A stretch of DNA of 63,214 nucleotides, filler included, from Reclinomonas americana ATCC 50394 (Eukaryota), in the NCBI GenBank assembly GCA_048213135.1. It is 12 parts of 12 records of this genome, joined end to end, with 100 filler letters (N's around TTAATTAATTAA, not from the genome) between each part and the next. Parts side by side here need not be neighbours in the genome. Positions count along the whole stretch, not along the records: positions 54,020 to 57,885 come from AFZH01018607.1; positions 57,986 to 59,730 come from AFZH01018608.1; positions 59,831 to 63,214 come from AFZH01018609.1; 9 more parts are not named here. One strand, 5' to 3'. Of this stretch, positions 54,001 through 63,214 are shown one piece after another. The position numbers were made by a program, and so were the translations under genes. Numbering within the stretch: the first letter of the stretch is position 1; each line of letters starts with the position of its first letter. The notes beneath the pieces are model-generated. The model was not told the origin of the DNA, made no database searches, and saw only the letters and a list, made by a program, of their open reading frames with translations.

Positions 54001-57000
54001 NNNNNNNNNNNNNNNNNNNTGCGGCCTGGTGAACGGCACAGGAGTGGCAGCTCAGTTCAAAAAGTGCGTCTCTCTCTCTCTCTCCCTCCCTCCCTCTCTC
54101 TCCCTCCCTCTTTGACTCACTCTCTCGCAGTGTTCATGGCCTCGCCATCGACCAAACCACGGGAACCATGTATGTCGCCGATGTGAGTGTGTGCTGGCAT
54201 GCATGATCACGTTTCATGCATTCTGCTGATTCTGTGTGTCTCTCTCGCACAGTTGATGAACCACGCTGTGCGCGCGGTCACCGCAGCGGCCGTGGTCTCC
54301 ACGTTGGCGGGAAACGGAGCGTCGGGGAGTGCCAATGCCTCGGGTGCAGCGGCCTCCTTCAATCAGCCTGCGGGAGTGGCGGTGGATGCCACGAATCAAG
54401 TGGTGTACGTGGGCGACTCTTTCAACAACACCATTCGGCGAGTGACGTATGCCGGTGCGGTGACGACCTTTTGTGGCTCGACGGGCATGAGTGGAACTGC
54501 CGATGGTGCGTGTGCGGGAGCAGCGCGATTCGGTGGTCCCAACGGCGTGCTGTTCGTTGGAACCACGCTGTATGTTGGTGAGCGCTGAGATGGAAGCACA
54601 GAGATGCATTCCACCCGTACTCATCCTCCCCTCCTGCTTGGTGTGCATGATTGCAGCCGACCGCGTGAACAACTCCATCCGAGCGATTGACACGGTGGCA
54701 ATGACGGTGACGACGGTGGCAGGATCGACGGCCGGCGCTTCTGGATCCACCGATGCCACCGGTGAGTTCATCATCATGGGCAACTCAATGCGATCGTCTA
54801 ATCTGTACCGATTCATGCAACAGGAACGGCTGCCCGCTTCAACACACCTGTGGGATTGGCATACGACGCTGGAAACAACGTCATCTATGTTGCCGATGTT
54901 GAGTATCACCCCACACTGTGAGCGTTTCGCTTCTTGACCTGACTGTGTGCTATCCGCGCAGTCTGCCAACAACACCGTGCGGCAACTCCGTGTGTCGGAC
55001 TCGTCTGTGACAACGATCGGCGGTGCGGCGGGCGTGAGTGGCTCAGCCGATGGCAGTGCACTGACCGTGGCACGCTTTACGACACCTCGTTACCTCGCCT
55101 TTGATGCATCGACGGCGTCGGTGCTGGTTACAGACTCCGGCAGTCACACTATCCGTCGCCTCTCGCTGGCATCGCAATTGGTGTCGGCCACTCCCGCCAC
55201 TTCCACTGGCTCTCTCGCCACCTCCGTCACCGCCTCATTGACCGGGTTGGTGAGCAACTGGACATACTACTATCGCGCTGTCGGTGTCACCTCCACGCCC
55301 ACTACCATCAACGGCGCCACCGTGTCTTTTTCCACTGTGGCCAATATGGCTCCGACCGACATTAGCTGCTCGTCGACGACGTATGTGTCGCCGTCGGTGG
55401 CGAATCAGGTCGTGTGTGCGCTGCAGACGACGGACGTGAATGCGGGCCAGTCGTTCACATACTCGATTGTCGGTGGCGCCAACAGCGGGGTGTTTTCAAT
55501 CAACGGGCAGTCGCTGTTGATTGTAGCGGCGGGGCAAGCGGGCAGCTCGCTGGCGGTGACGGTCCGGTCGACGGACAATGGAACGCCACCGCTGTTCTTT
55601 GACAAGGCGTTCACCATCACTACGGGTGAGACACTCTCCTCCTCCTCCTCCTCCTCCTCCTCCTCCTCCTCCTCCTCCTCTTTCTCTTCCTCTTCCTCTC
55701 CTTTTCTGCCCCTCTCCCTCTTCTCCCATGGATGGTCACTCACGATGGTTCGTCATTCTCCTTCGGTGCGTCGCAGCCACCCAATCCCTGGCCACGCTGG
55801 CCGCCAGCAGCGTTACCACGTCGTCGGCGACACTGAATGCGGTGGTGGGCAACTCTGTAGCGGCGTCGACCATGAGCAACTCGTTTGAATGGGCGCCGAC
55901 GGCAGCTGCATTCGGTGTCACGCCAACGGTGACAACTTGGTTGGGCACGGCGGGCATGGGTGGCTCGACAAATGGCACTGGCACTGCTGCTCTATTCAGT
56001 AAGCCGACGGTGAGCTGCCTCGCGACGCAGGTTTGGCATGTTCCTGTGCTCACTCGTATCACAGAGCATTGCCTTTGATGCTTCGGGCACGGCATTTATC
56101 TGTGATCAAACAAATCACACGATCCGGCGAGTGACGAGCGGCGGTGTGACGTCGACGTTCGTGGGAACTGTTGGTACAACAGGCATGGTTAACGGAATCG
56201 GCACTGCAGCTCGTTTAAACTGGCCGACTGACTTGTCGTTCGACCTCAACACCGGATACTTGTACATTGCTGATGTTGCGTCGGTTGCATGTGAATAATC
56301 TCGACGATGGCGCGTATCTCTCATGATTATGTCTGCGTGGGTTCTCAGCAAAGCAACCACGCAATCCGTGTGAGCACTCCATCCGGCTCTGTGTCAACTC
56401 TGGCTGGCAACGGAACTTCCGGCAGTGCGGATGGCACCGGATCGAATGCGAGATTCAACGTTGTTGACAGCGTTGTTGTTGATTCGGCCGCCAGGGTGAT
56501 GTACGTGGGCGATTTGGGGAACAGGGCTATAAGAAAGGTGCGTGCTCCGATTAGTACACCCGCCCTTCGGTTCAATGCACATCTCTGATCCAATCTTCGT
56601 AGGTCACGTACGGCGGCGAGGCGACCCTCTACTGTGGCACGATCGGAGTGTGGGGCATAGTTGACGGTGCGTGTGCCACGGCACAGATTGCTGGTCCAAA
56701 CGGCATGGCGTTGGACTCAGTGGCCAATCGGCTGTACATCGGTGTGTGTGTGTGTGTGTGTGTGTGTGCTTTCGAGTGCATGGGCTCATGCCTGTAATTT
56801 GCAGGTGATCGAAATGTGTGCAATGTTCGCGTGATCGACATGCTGGCGATGACTGTGTCGACTCTGGCTGGCTCGCTTACCGGAGTATGCGGGTCGGTAG
56901 ATGCGACAGGCACTGCGGCTCGATTTCGTAGTATCAGCGGCGTCCAAATTGATCGAGCACGAGGCGTTCTTTACATTTCTGATGTTGCGTGGCATCTTGC

Positions 57001-59137
57001 AGTCTTTGTCGTTTTCTGAGTCTCATGTTACGTGATTGATTCTCACAGGGGGGCAACCATACGATTCGCCAAATCGTCATCAGCACTGGCGTTGTTTCAA
57101 CAATAGCAGGTGCAGCCTTTGTATCTGGTTCTGCAGATGGGAGTCCACTCACAGTTGCACGATTTAACAACCCGGTGCGCTCCGTCGTTTGTTGTGTCGG
57201 TAGCGAGATGTAGGTTGCTCTAACAATGGTGCATGCAACGCGTGCACAGCATTACATGGCCTTCGATGCCGCGTCGTCCACCCTGTACATTACCGGTGAG
57301 CGATTGTACAGCAGACTGTGCACTGATCACGCTTCTTCAAAGCATTTCCTCTGCAGATTACTCGAGTTTCACCGTTCGTCGCCTCACCATCGGCTCCGCC
57401 ACCATCACTGCCACCCCGGCCACCTCCGGCATTGCTTCGAGCACCGCCCTCACCGCATCACTGCCTTCGCTCGCCGTCAACTGGACGTACTACTTCCGCG
57501 CCGTCTCCACATCCACCGTGCCCAGCACTCTCACCGGCTCCACCATGTCCTTCACCACCTCAAACTCGGCACCGATCGACATTGCCTGCTCTACCACCAC
57601 CTATGTCGCGCCCTCGACGGCCAACATGCCCGTGTGTACGGTGAGCACCAGCGACGGCAATGGAGGCCAGTCGTACACGTATGCGGTCAGCGGCGGAGCG
57701 AACGGCAGTGCATTTGCGGTGAGCGCTGGCGCGCAGCTGCAGATCACGTCGTCGGGCCAGTCGGGCAGTCCATTGGCCGTCATGATTCGCTCGTTTGACA
57801 ACGGCACGCCACCCATGTTCTTCGACAAGACATTCAGTGTGACGTCGGGTGAGTGGCAGACTGAGAATGTTGTGTTTCTTGGTGTNNNNNNNNNNNNNNN
57901 NNNNNNNNNNNNNNNNNNNNNNNNNNNNNTTAATTAATTAANNNNNNNNNNNNNNNNNNNNNNNNNNNNNNNNNNNNNNNNNNNNGGATGCTGACCTTTT
58001 CTCCCCGCCAGTGAATAATGCACCGACGGCGGTGACACTGAGTGCGAGCTCGTACATCACGCCCAGTGCGATGGGGCAGGCGATCGCCACCATGAGCACC
58101 AGTGATGTGGACTCGCAGCAGTCGTTCACGTACTCGGTGGTGGGTGGTGCGAGCAGCGCATTGGTGACGATTGTGTCTGGCAACCAGCTGCAATTTGCGA
58201 GTGCGGGGGTGACGGCATCGCTGGCGGTGATTGTGCGCACGACCGACAACGGCAATCCCGCCATGTCATTCGATCAGACCCTCAACATTGCTGGTTGCGT
58301 GGTATTCTGACGGTGCGATATTGCAATGCGTAATGGTGTTGATTGTGTGGCGTGCAGCACCCACCGTGACATCGCTGTCGGCCACATTCGTGTCGGCGCT
58401 GGCTGGCCAGTTGGTGACGCTGACGGGAACCGCGTTGGCGAACAACTCGGCCGATGCGTCGGCGTATGTGCTTGCCACTCCCCTTTGTGGCGCGACAACA
58501 CCGCCGACGGCTGTGGCCAGCACCACCGTCAGCAGCGCATTCGGCAGCGCGACCACCATCACACTGACGATTGCGGCAGCGGGTGCAGCAGTCGGGACGT
58601 ACGAGCTGTGCACGCGATGGGCGCCAGCCAAAACATATCTGGCGGTGTCAGCATTCGCGATTGGTGAGGAATTAGGAGGAAGGGAGAGCGCAGGGAGCTT
58701 TTAGCTGTTGTGGTGCTTGTTTGTCTCTGTGGTCATTTTCTTCATGTTATTCTTCTCTCTTTCTCTCACTCCCCCTGTGTATTTATGTATGTGTGCATGA
58801 AAGCACGCGTGTGTATGAGTGTGTATGCGTGTGTCAACTGAACGAATGAGGTGTGCAGGGAGTGTTGGTCCGAGCGACATTCTGCTGTCGGGACCGCAGA
58901 CGTACTCGAGTGCGACGGTGCCATTCACCGTGGGCACACTGAGTATGGTGGATCTCAACACGGGACAGATGCCGACATTCACTATTGCCGGTGGCGTGCA
59001 TGCGGCTCTCTTTAGCGTCGTAGGTGGGAATCAGCTGACAATCTCGGTGGCGCCGCCACTGAGTCGGCGACTGCAAGTGTTTGTACAAGTGAGCGACGGC
59101 GTGCTGTCGTACATCAGGCAGTTCATGATTGTGTATG
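45080..59137 (+). CDS. Giant cadherin-like repeat / NHL / FN3-like / IPT-like surface protein; 5' partial, several apparent frameshifts
   Basis: About 28 repeats of about 95 aa: N-V-[AP]-P-T-x-I-x-LSSxTYxPP..VVGTLxAxDxN..FTYSIVGG..FxIxGNQL..LQVxVRxTDxxG..FTIxE. NHL repeats (VSTLAGNG..FNQPAGVAVD..VYVGD..NNTIRRV) at 54020-55170 and 55920-57390. APTVTSLS..LVTLTG at about 58360. Confidence 0.88.
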
Positions 59138-59463
59138 GTAAGTGGGTGGGGAAGGGATGGGAGCGGGAGTAGAAGGGCGAAGGAAGAGAGAGAGAGAGCA
59201 AGAGAGAGAAAGAGAGAGAGAGAGAGGAAGGAAGGATACTACGGGTAGCGGTCAAAGGAGAAGATCCGGCACTGTTATGCTGAGATTGATGGAGGAGGGG
59301 TATGAGAGTGAAACAAAGCGGAGCAGCGACATGTTGGTTCTTGTACTCTGTAGTGTGCATCAAAGAGTAGGGATACTAGCCTGTCGTTCATGCCCGCTCT
59401 TTTATGTTGTCAATGTTGGCTACTCTGGATGTTGCTCCGTCAACGGAGACGTGCTCATGTACT

Positions 59464-59510
<47 letters not shown>

Positions 59511-59886
59511 GTTCTTCGTTCGTTCGTTCGTTCGTTCGTTCGTTCGTTCGTTCGTTCGTTCGTTCGTTCGTTCGTTCGTTCGTTCGTTCGTTCGTTCGTT
59601 CGTTCGTTCGTTCGTTCGTTCGTTCGTTCGTTCGTTCGTTCGTTCGTTCGTTCGTTCGTTCGTTCGTTCGTTCGTTCGTTCGTTCGTTCGTTCGTTCGTT
59701 CGTTCGTTCGTTCGTTCGTTCGTTCGTTCGNNNNNNNNNNNNNNNNNNNNNNNNNNNNNNNNNNNNNNNNNNNNTTAATTAATTAANNNNNNNNNNNNNN
59801 NNNNNNNNNNNNNNNNNNNNNNNNNNNNNNGTCTGTCTGTATGTCTGTCAGTCTTTCTGTCTGTCTATCTGTACAAGTGACAGATG

Positions 59887-60749
59887 TTCATGTGCACTTC
59901 GAGTATTGCCTGGTATTTGAACATGTGAACTCATTGCTGACGATGATGGGGGTGCCTGCGCAGCTTGGGGCACAGGCTGTTCAGCTGTGCAGAATGGCGT
60001 TGTCGCTCGTTGCGTCGCGCTTGCGGTTTGAAGTGTGCTCCGTTGTCGACCGTCTCACTCCTCGTCATGTCGAGCAGCGGCATTGGAAGTGTGCCAGTTC
60101 GAAGCAGTGGATCGACCAGGTGGCACAATCCTCGCTGTGCTGCCTGCTGTTGCCAGCGAAGTCGGATGCTGCGAAATGTGCGATCAGTATTCGCAATGTC
60201 GATCGTGGACGTTCCTGGATGCTGCGGCGGCGTCGAACTCGTCGGGTGCGAGTGTGTGCACGCTGAAGGTATGTGATCGGTGATCGAAGAAAGAGTGTGT
60301 GAGAAAATGACAAGCTCACCATCCTCTTCTTGTTGCATGCAGAGCACCGTACCAGCGACAGCAGCCAATGCCGAGACCAGCAACGTGTGTGGCTCGCATT
60401 TCTGCCTGGTTTCGGGACGCAAGACAAGTGTGGCTGCATATGACAGCAGCGGCTTCCAGACTAGCACGGGTTAGTCATCGCAGAGGAAGGAGATGAGAGA
60501 TGAAAGAGAATCGTGGCTGATGTGGCCTATTGGCGTGCAGACCGACCTGGTGGCGACCTCACGTGGGCCATCAAGACGACGACCGGACCGCAGGCATGCT
60601 CACTGTGGTGCTCGCAGTTGACTGCGTGCGGGTCGTGGACATTCACGGCGTCGACCAAGCAGTGTGTGCCAAAGAGTGGCGTGGTGGCGACATCGACGGC
60701 GACCGCGTGCGCGACGAGCGGGGACTGTACGTCGGGGTTGAAGATCTGA
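59887..60749 (+). CDS. Cys-rich exons with two PAN/Apple domains, probably the C-terminus of the giant adhesin
   Basis: CQFEAVDRPGG..CCEMCDQYSQCRSWTF..CTLK and DRPGGDL..ACSLWCSQLTACGSWTF..CVPKS..CTSG, then TGA at 60747-60749. Confidence 0.75.
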
Positions 60750-61270
60750 AGTGAAGTTCGTCGGTTCTGAGTAAGGAACCTTTTCTGGTGTGGAGACCAA
60801 ACGAAGATTCCTTGCCTTTTGTTTGTTGCTACGCGGCACGTCAGTGCCCACTCGCCCACCTGGCTTACACGAATTATTTGTCCTCTGCTTTTGGTTGTTG
60901 GGGTTGTTCGGTTTCAAGAGACTGAGGTCTGGTAGAGACCCAGTTGTTTGCGTTTCGGATAGCTCTAGGTGATGGGGTTGCTAATAGATGTATGCGGGAC
61001 GGAGCACCGACACAGAAGCAAATGAAACCCAGTGTGTCGAAACGAGGGAAAATTGGTAAATTCTGGCGTCAAACTCGACTGGTTTCTTTCGTCAACTCTC
61101 GCGTTAGTAAGTGACCTCTGCTGAAGGATGAGCGAAAAACATGGGAGAGGAAGAATGAGAGGGTGTGTTCGCGTGCTATGAGAGAGAAAGGACATTTTGA
61201 GTGTGGGCAAGTGCGTTCCACAGCAGGGCCACCAATGCTTCCAGCGTTCGATGATCATTTACACTTGCAG

Positions 61271-62746
61271 TCATACGTGCGGTCGTTTCACCGGCGTTTC
61301 CCCATCGGGTCTCCCGTCGCTCTCGTCGCGCGGTCTCTTCTCCCCGGCTTGCGGACCCGACAACACCTGCTGCTGCTGCTGCGTTGGTGGTGGTGGTGGT
61401 GGCTGCTGTTGACGATGCGCGTGAGGGTCCTCGTTGCACTTGCGAATGAGCATGCGCGTGTTGTCGAGGAGCTCCTTGACGAGGGCCAAGTACCGCGAGC
61501 GCGACTCACGAGCGGCGCGAAACGCGTCCACATTCACACATTCGATCTCGAGTTCCCACGTCTGCCCATGTGCGTACGCGAGTGAGTGAGTGAGAAAAAG
61601 GGGAAGGGCCAAGGGCGCGAGACCAAGCATCACCTCCTTTCTCGGCATCGATACCCTCTCCGACACCACTTGCGTAATGTCCACCTGGAAGATGCCGCGC
61701 ATGTCGCGGTACGACTTGCGCTGCTTGTGACGCGACAACTCCTTGTACTGACCGAGAGCCAGCGCCGGGTTCTCGGGCTTTTCGCAGCTGACAGAGATGC
61801 GGTAGTCGTAGCCGAGGTTGGGCGTGTGCACGTTTAGCGTGCCGAGCTTGATCTTGCGCACGCAAGACACGACCTGCCGCGGTGGTGGCGCCGGCGCATC
61901 GTCCCCGCCGCCGGCAGCAGTGCGTGCCGATTCCGGTGGGCCATTGTAGGTGATGCGCACCTGGTCGCGAAACATTTCGTCCCACTCCTCCACCTTGCGG
62001 TAGTGGGCGCGTCGTTCCTCCACTGCGCGGTTGAGGTGCTGGTTGGCGAAGATCCATGTTTGCTGTGCGCGGGAGAGGGAAGCTGAGTGAAGAGGGGAGA
62101 GACAAGGAAGGGCGGTGTGAGAGACCTTGTCGACAGAGGATTCCCAACGATGAACGTGCTGGTCCATGACAAAGGCGCATTCGGATTGGATGGGGCTCAC
62201 GAGGCGGTCGTCCTCGCCGAGGTCGATGAGGACGCCGATTTTGCTCTCGATCTTGGCATGAGGGGAAGGGGGGAGGGTGAGGGAGGGGGAAGGGGGAAAG
62301 GGAGGGTGTGAGGGGGAAGGGGGAGGGGGAAGGGGAGATAGAGATTCAGGTGACAAGAGAGAGAAGAGAGAAAAAGGAGGAAATACTCAACAAGAACACA
62401 GTGGACGAGCAACGTCGGCAATGAAGAAATGATGACACGGAACGACTTTCTCCCGAGAACGCGATGGAGACAGTAAAATGACAGCAAGGGAACAATAGAT
62501 GATGATAAAGAGAGAAGACAATCAGAATCGACGGATGAAGCAGCGCAGGCGATGCAAGGAAACGACTGACAGTCAGCGGAGAGTCAGAGGAAGAGTGAGG
62601 CATTGCACGACCAGCGGATAGACATCCATCAGCTGTCACGCAAAGAAAGCAAGGAATGCGCAAACCTCCAAGTTGGGAATATCAAGGAACGGCCGCAGAA
62701 ACTCGCCAACGACCTCGGCAAGACTGTCCGGCGCCGCAACACCAAA
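61271..62746 (-). CDS. CET1: mRNA capping RNA 5'-triphosphatase, Cet1-type triphosphate tunnel metalloenzyme; 5' end uncertain
   Basis: Exon 62746-62666 (FGVAAPDSLAEVVGEFL..NLE) joined to IESKIG gives motif A; also VRIT, VRKIKLG, YDYRISVSCE, RHKQRKSY, VDITQV, and motif B WELEIE. Confidence 0.85.
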
Positions 62747-63030
62747 CTAAAACAAAACATACAAAGTCAATAAAAATCCACATGGTCTTGCTGTCTCTTT
62801 ACCAGTTGCCTAGTGCTCTCTCACACTGTTGTGACTGCATTTCCTTGCCTTGAGTGCATTATGTGACACATAAGCCAAGTTTCTTTCTCTCTTGCACGTT
62901 CACACACACACACACACACACTCACTCACTCACTCATTCTTGCGACTTGTCTCGCTTTCAAAAAGTGTCGCCTAAGTCGTCACTTAGAGTGCATTAGGTA
63001 ACACCTAAGTCGTCGCCTAACACTCACACT

Positions 63031-63069
<39 letters not shown>

Positions 63070-63214
63070 GTCGTACGTACGTACGTACGTACGTTACGTA
63101 CGTTACGTACGTTACGTACGTTACGTACGTACGTACGTACGTACGTACGTACGTCGTACGTCGTACGTACGTACGTACGTACGTACGTACGTACGTACGT
63201 ACGTACGTACGTAC

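Noticed and set aside
59505..59730. (TTCG)n array and its RSFV-repeat ORFs
   Set aside because: It emerges gradually from a (CT)n run at a contig end, which is the pattern of pyrosequencing phase loss (TACG flow order). Probably artefact, at most a microsatellite, and not coding.
60750..61270. Relatively long lower-GC spacer, with a GCCTTTT similar to U5 loop 1
   Set aside because: The loop does not match GCCTTTTAC and no snRNA or tRNA structure could be built; probably convergent 3' UTRs.
63066..63214. (GTAC)n / CGTTACGTA array as a possible telomere or palindrome
   Set aside because: It follows a (CT)n run and converges on the TACG flow cycle, like ACTACTAC after (CA)n at 35990-36012; most likely a read-end artefact.

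Overview
Eukaryotic (protist-like, GC-rich, intron-rich) draft scaffold. It consists of 12 contigs joined by 11 artificial 100-nt N gaps, each carrying a TTAATTAATTAA six-frame-stop linker. Genes run across the gaps, so most six-frame ORFs are exon fragments. The left 36 kb is very densely packed with spliced genes: several orphans, an RWD-Kelch-BTB-BTB (LZTR1-like) protein, XPF/ERCC4, a small protein with a Sororin-like motif, MCM9, COG7, an ABHD1/3-YheT hydrolase and Rab2 (with microexons and a GC-AG intron). Bases 36.1-44.35 kb hold a tyrosine-recombinase retrotransposon (DIRS order: gag, RT-RNaseH-methyltransferase, YR) with exact 100-bp direct repeats, suggesting a split-direct-repeat (PAT/Ngaro-like) layout. 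Its RT is interrupted by a nested TIR DNA transposon (21-bp TIRs, 3-bp TSD); removing it restores the RT frame exactly. Bases 45-60.7 kb encode a giant intron-containing adhesin-like protein: about 28 bacterial-style cadherin-like repeats, NHL propellers inserted inside FN3-like domains, an IPT-like domain, and probably C-terminal PAN/Apple domains. The window ends with a Cet1-type RNA triphosphatase gene. An unusual 5' splice donor (GTTGCGT) recurs throughout. All calls come from manual motif reading; no database searches were run.
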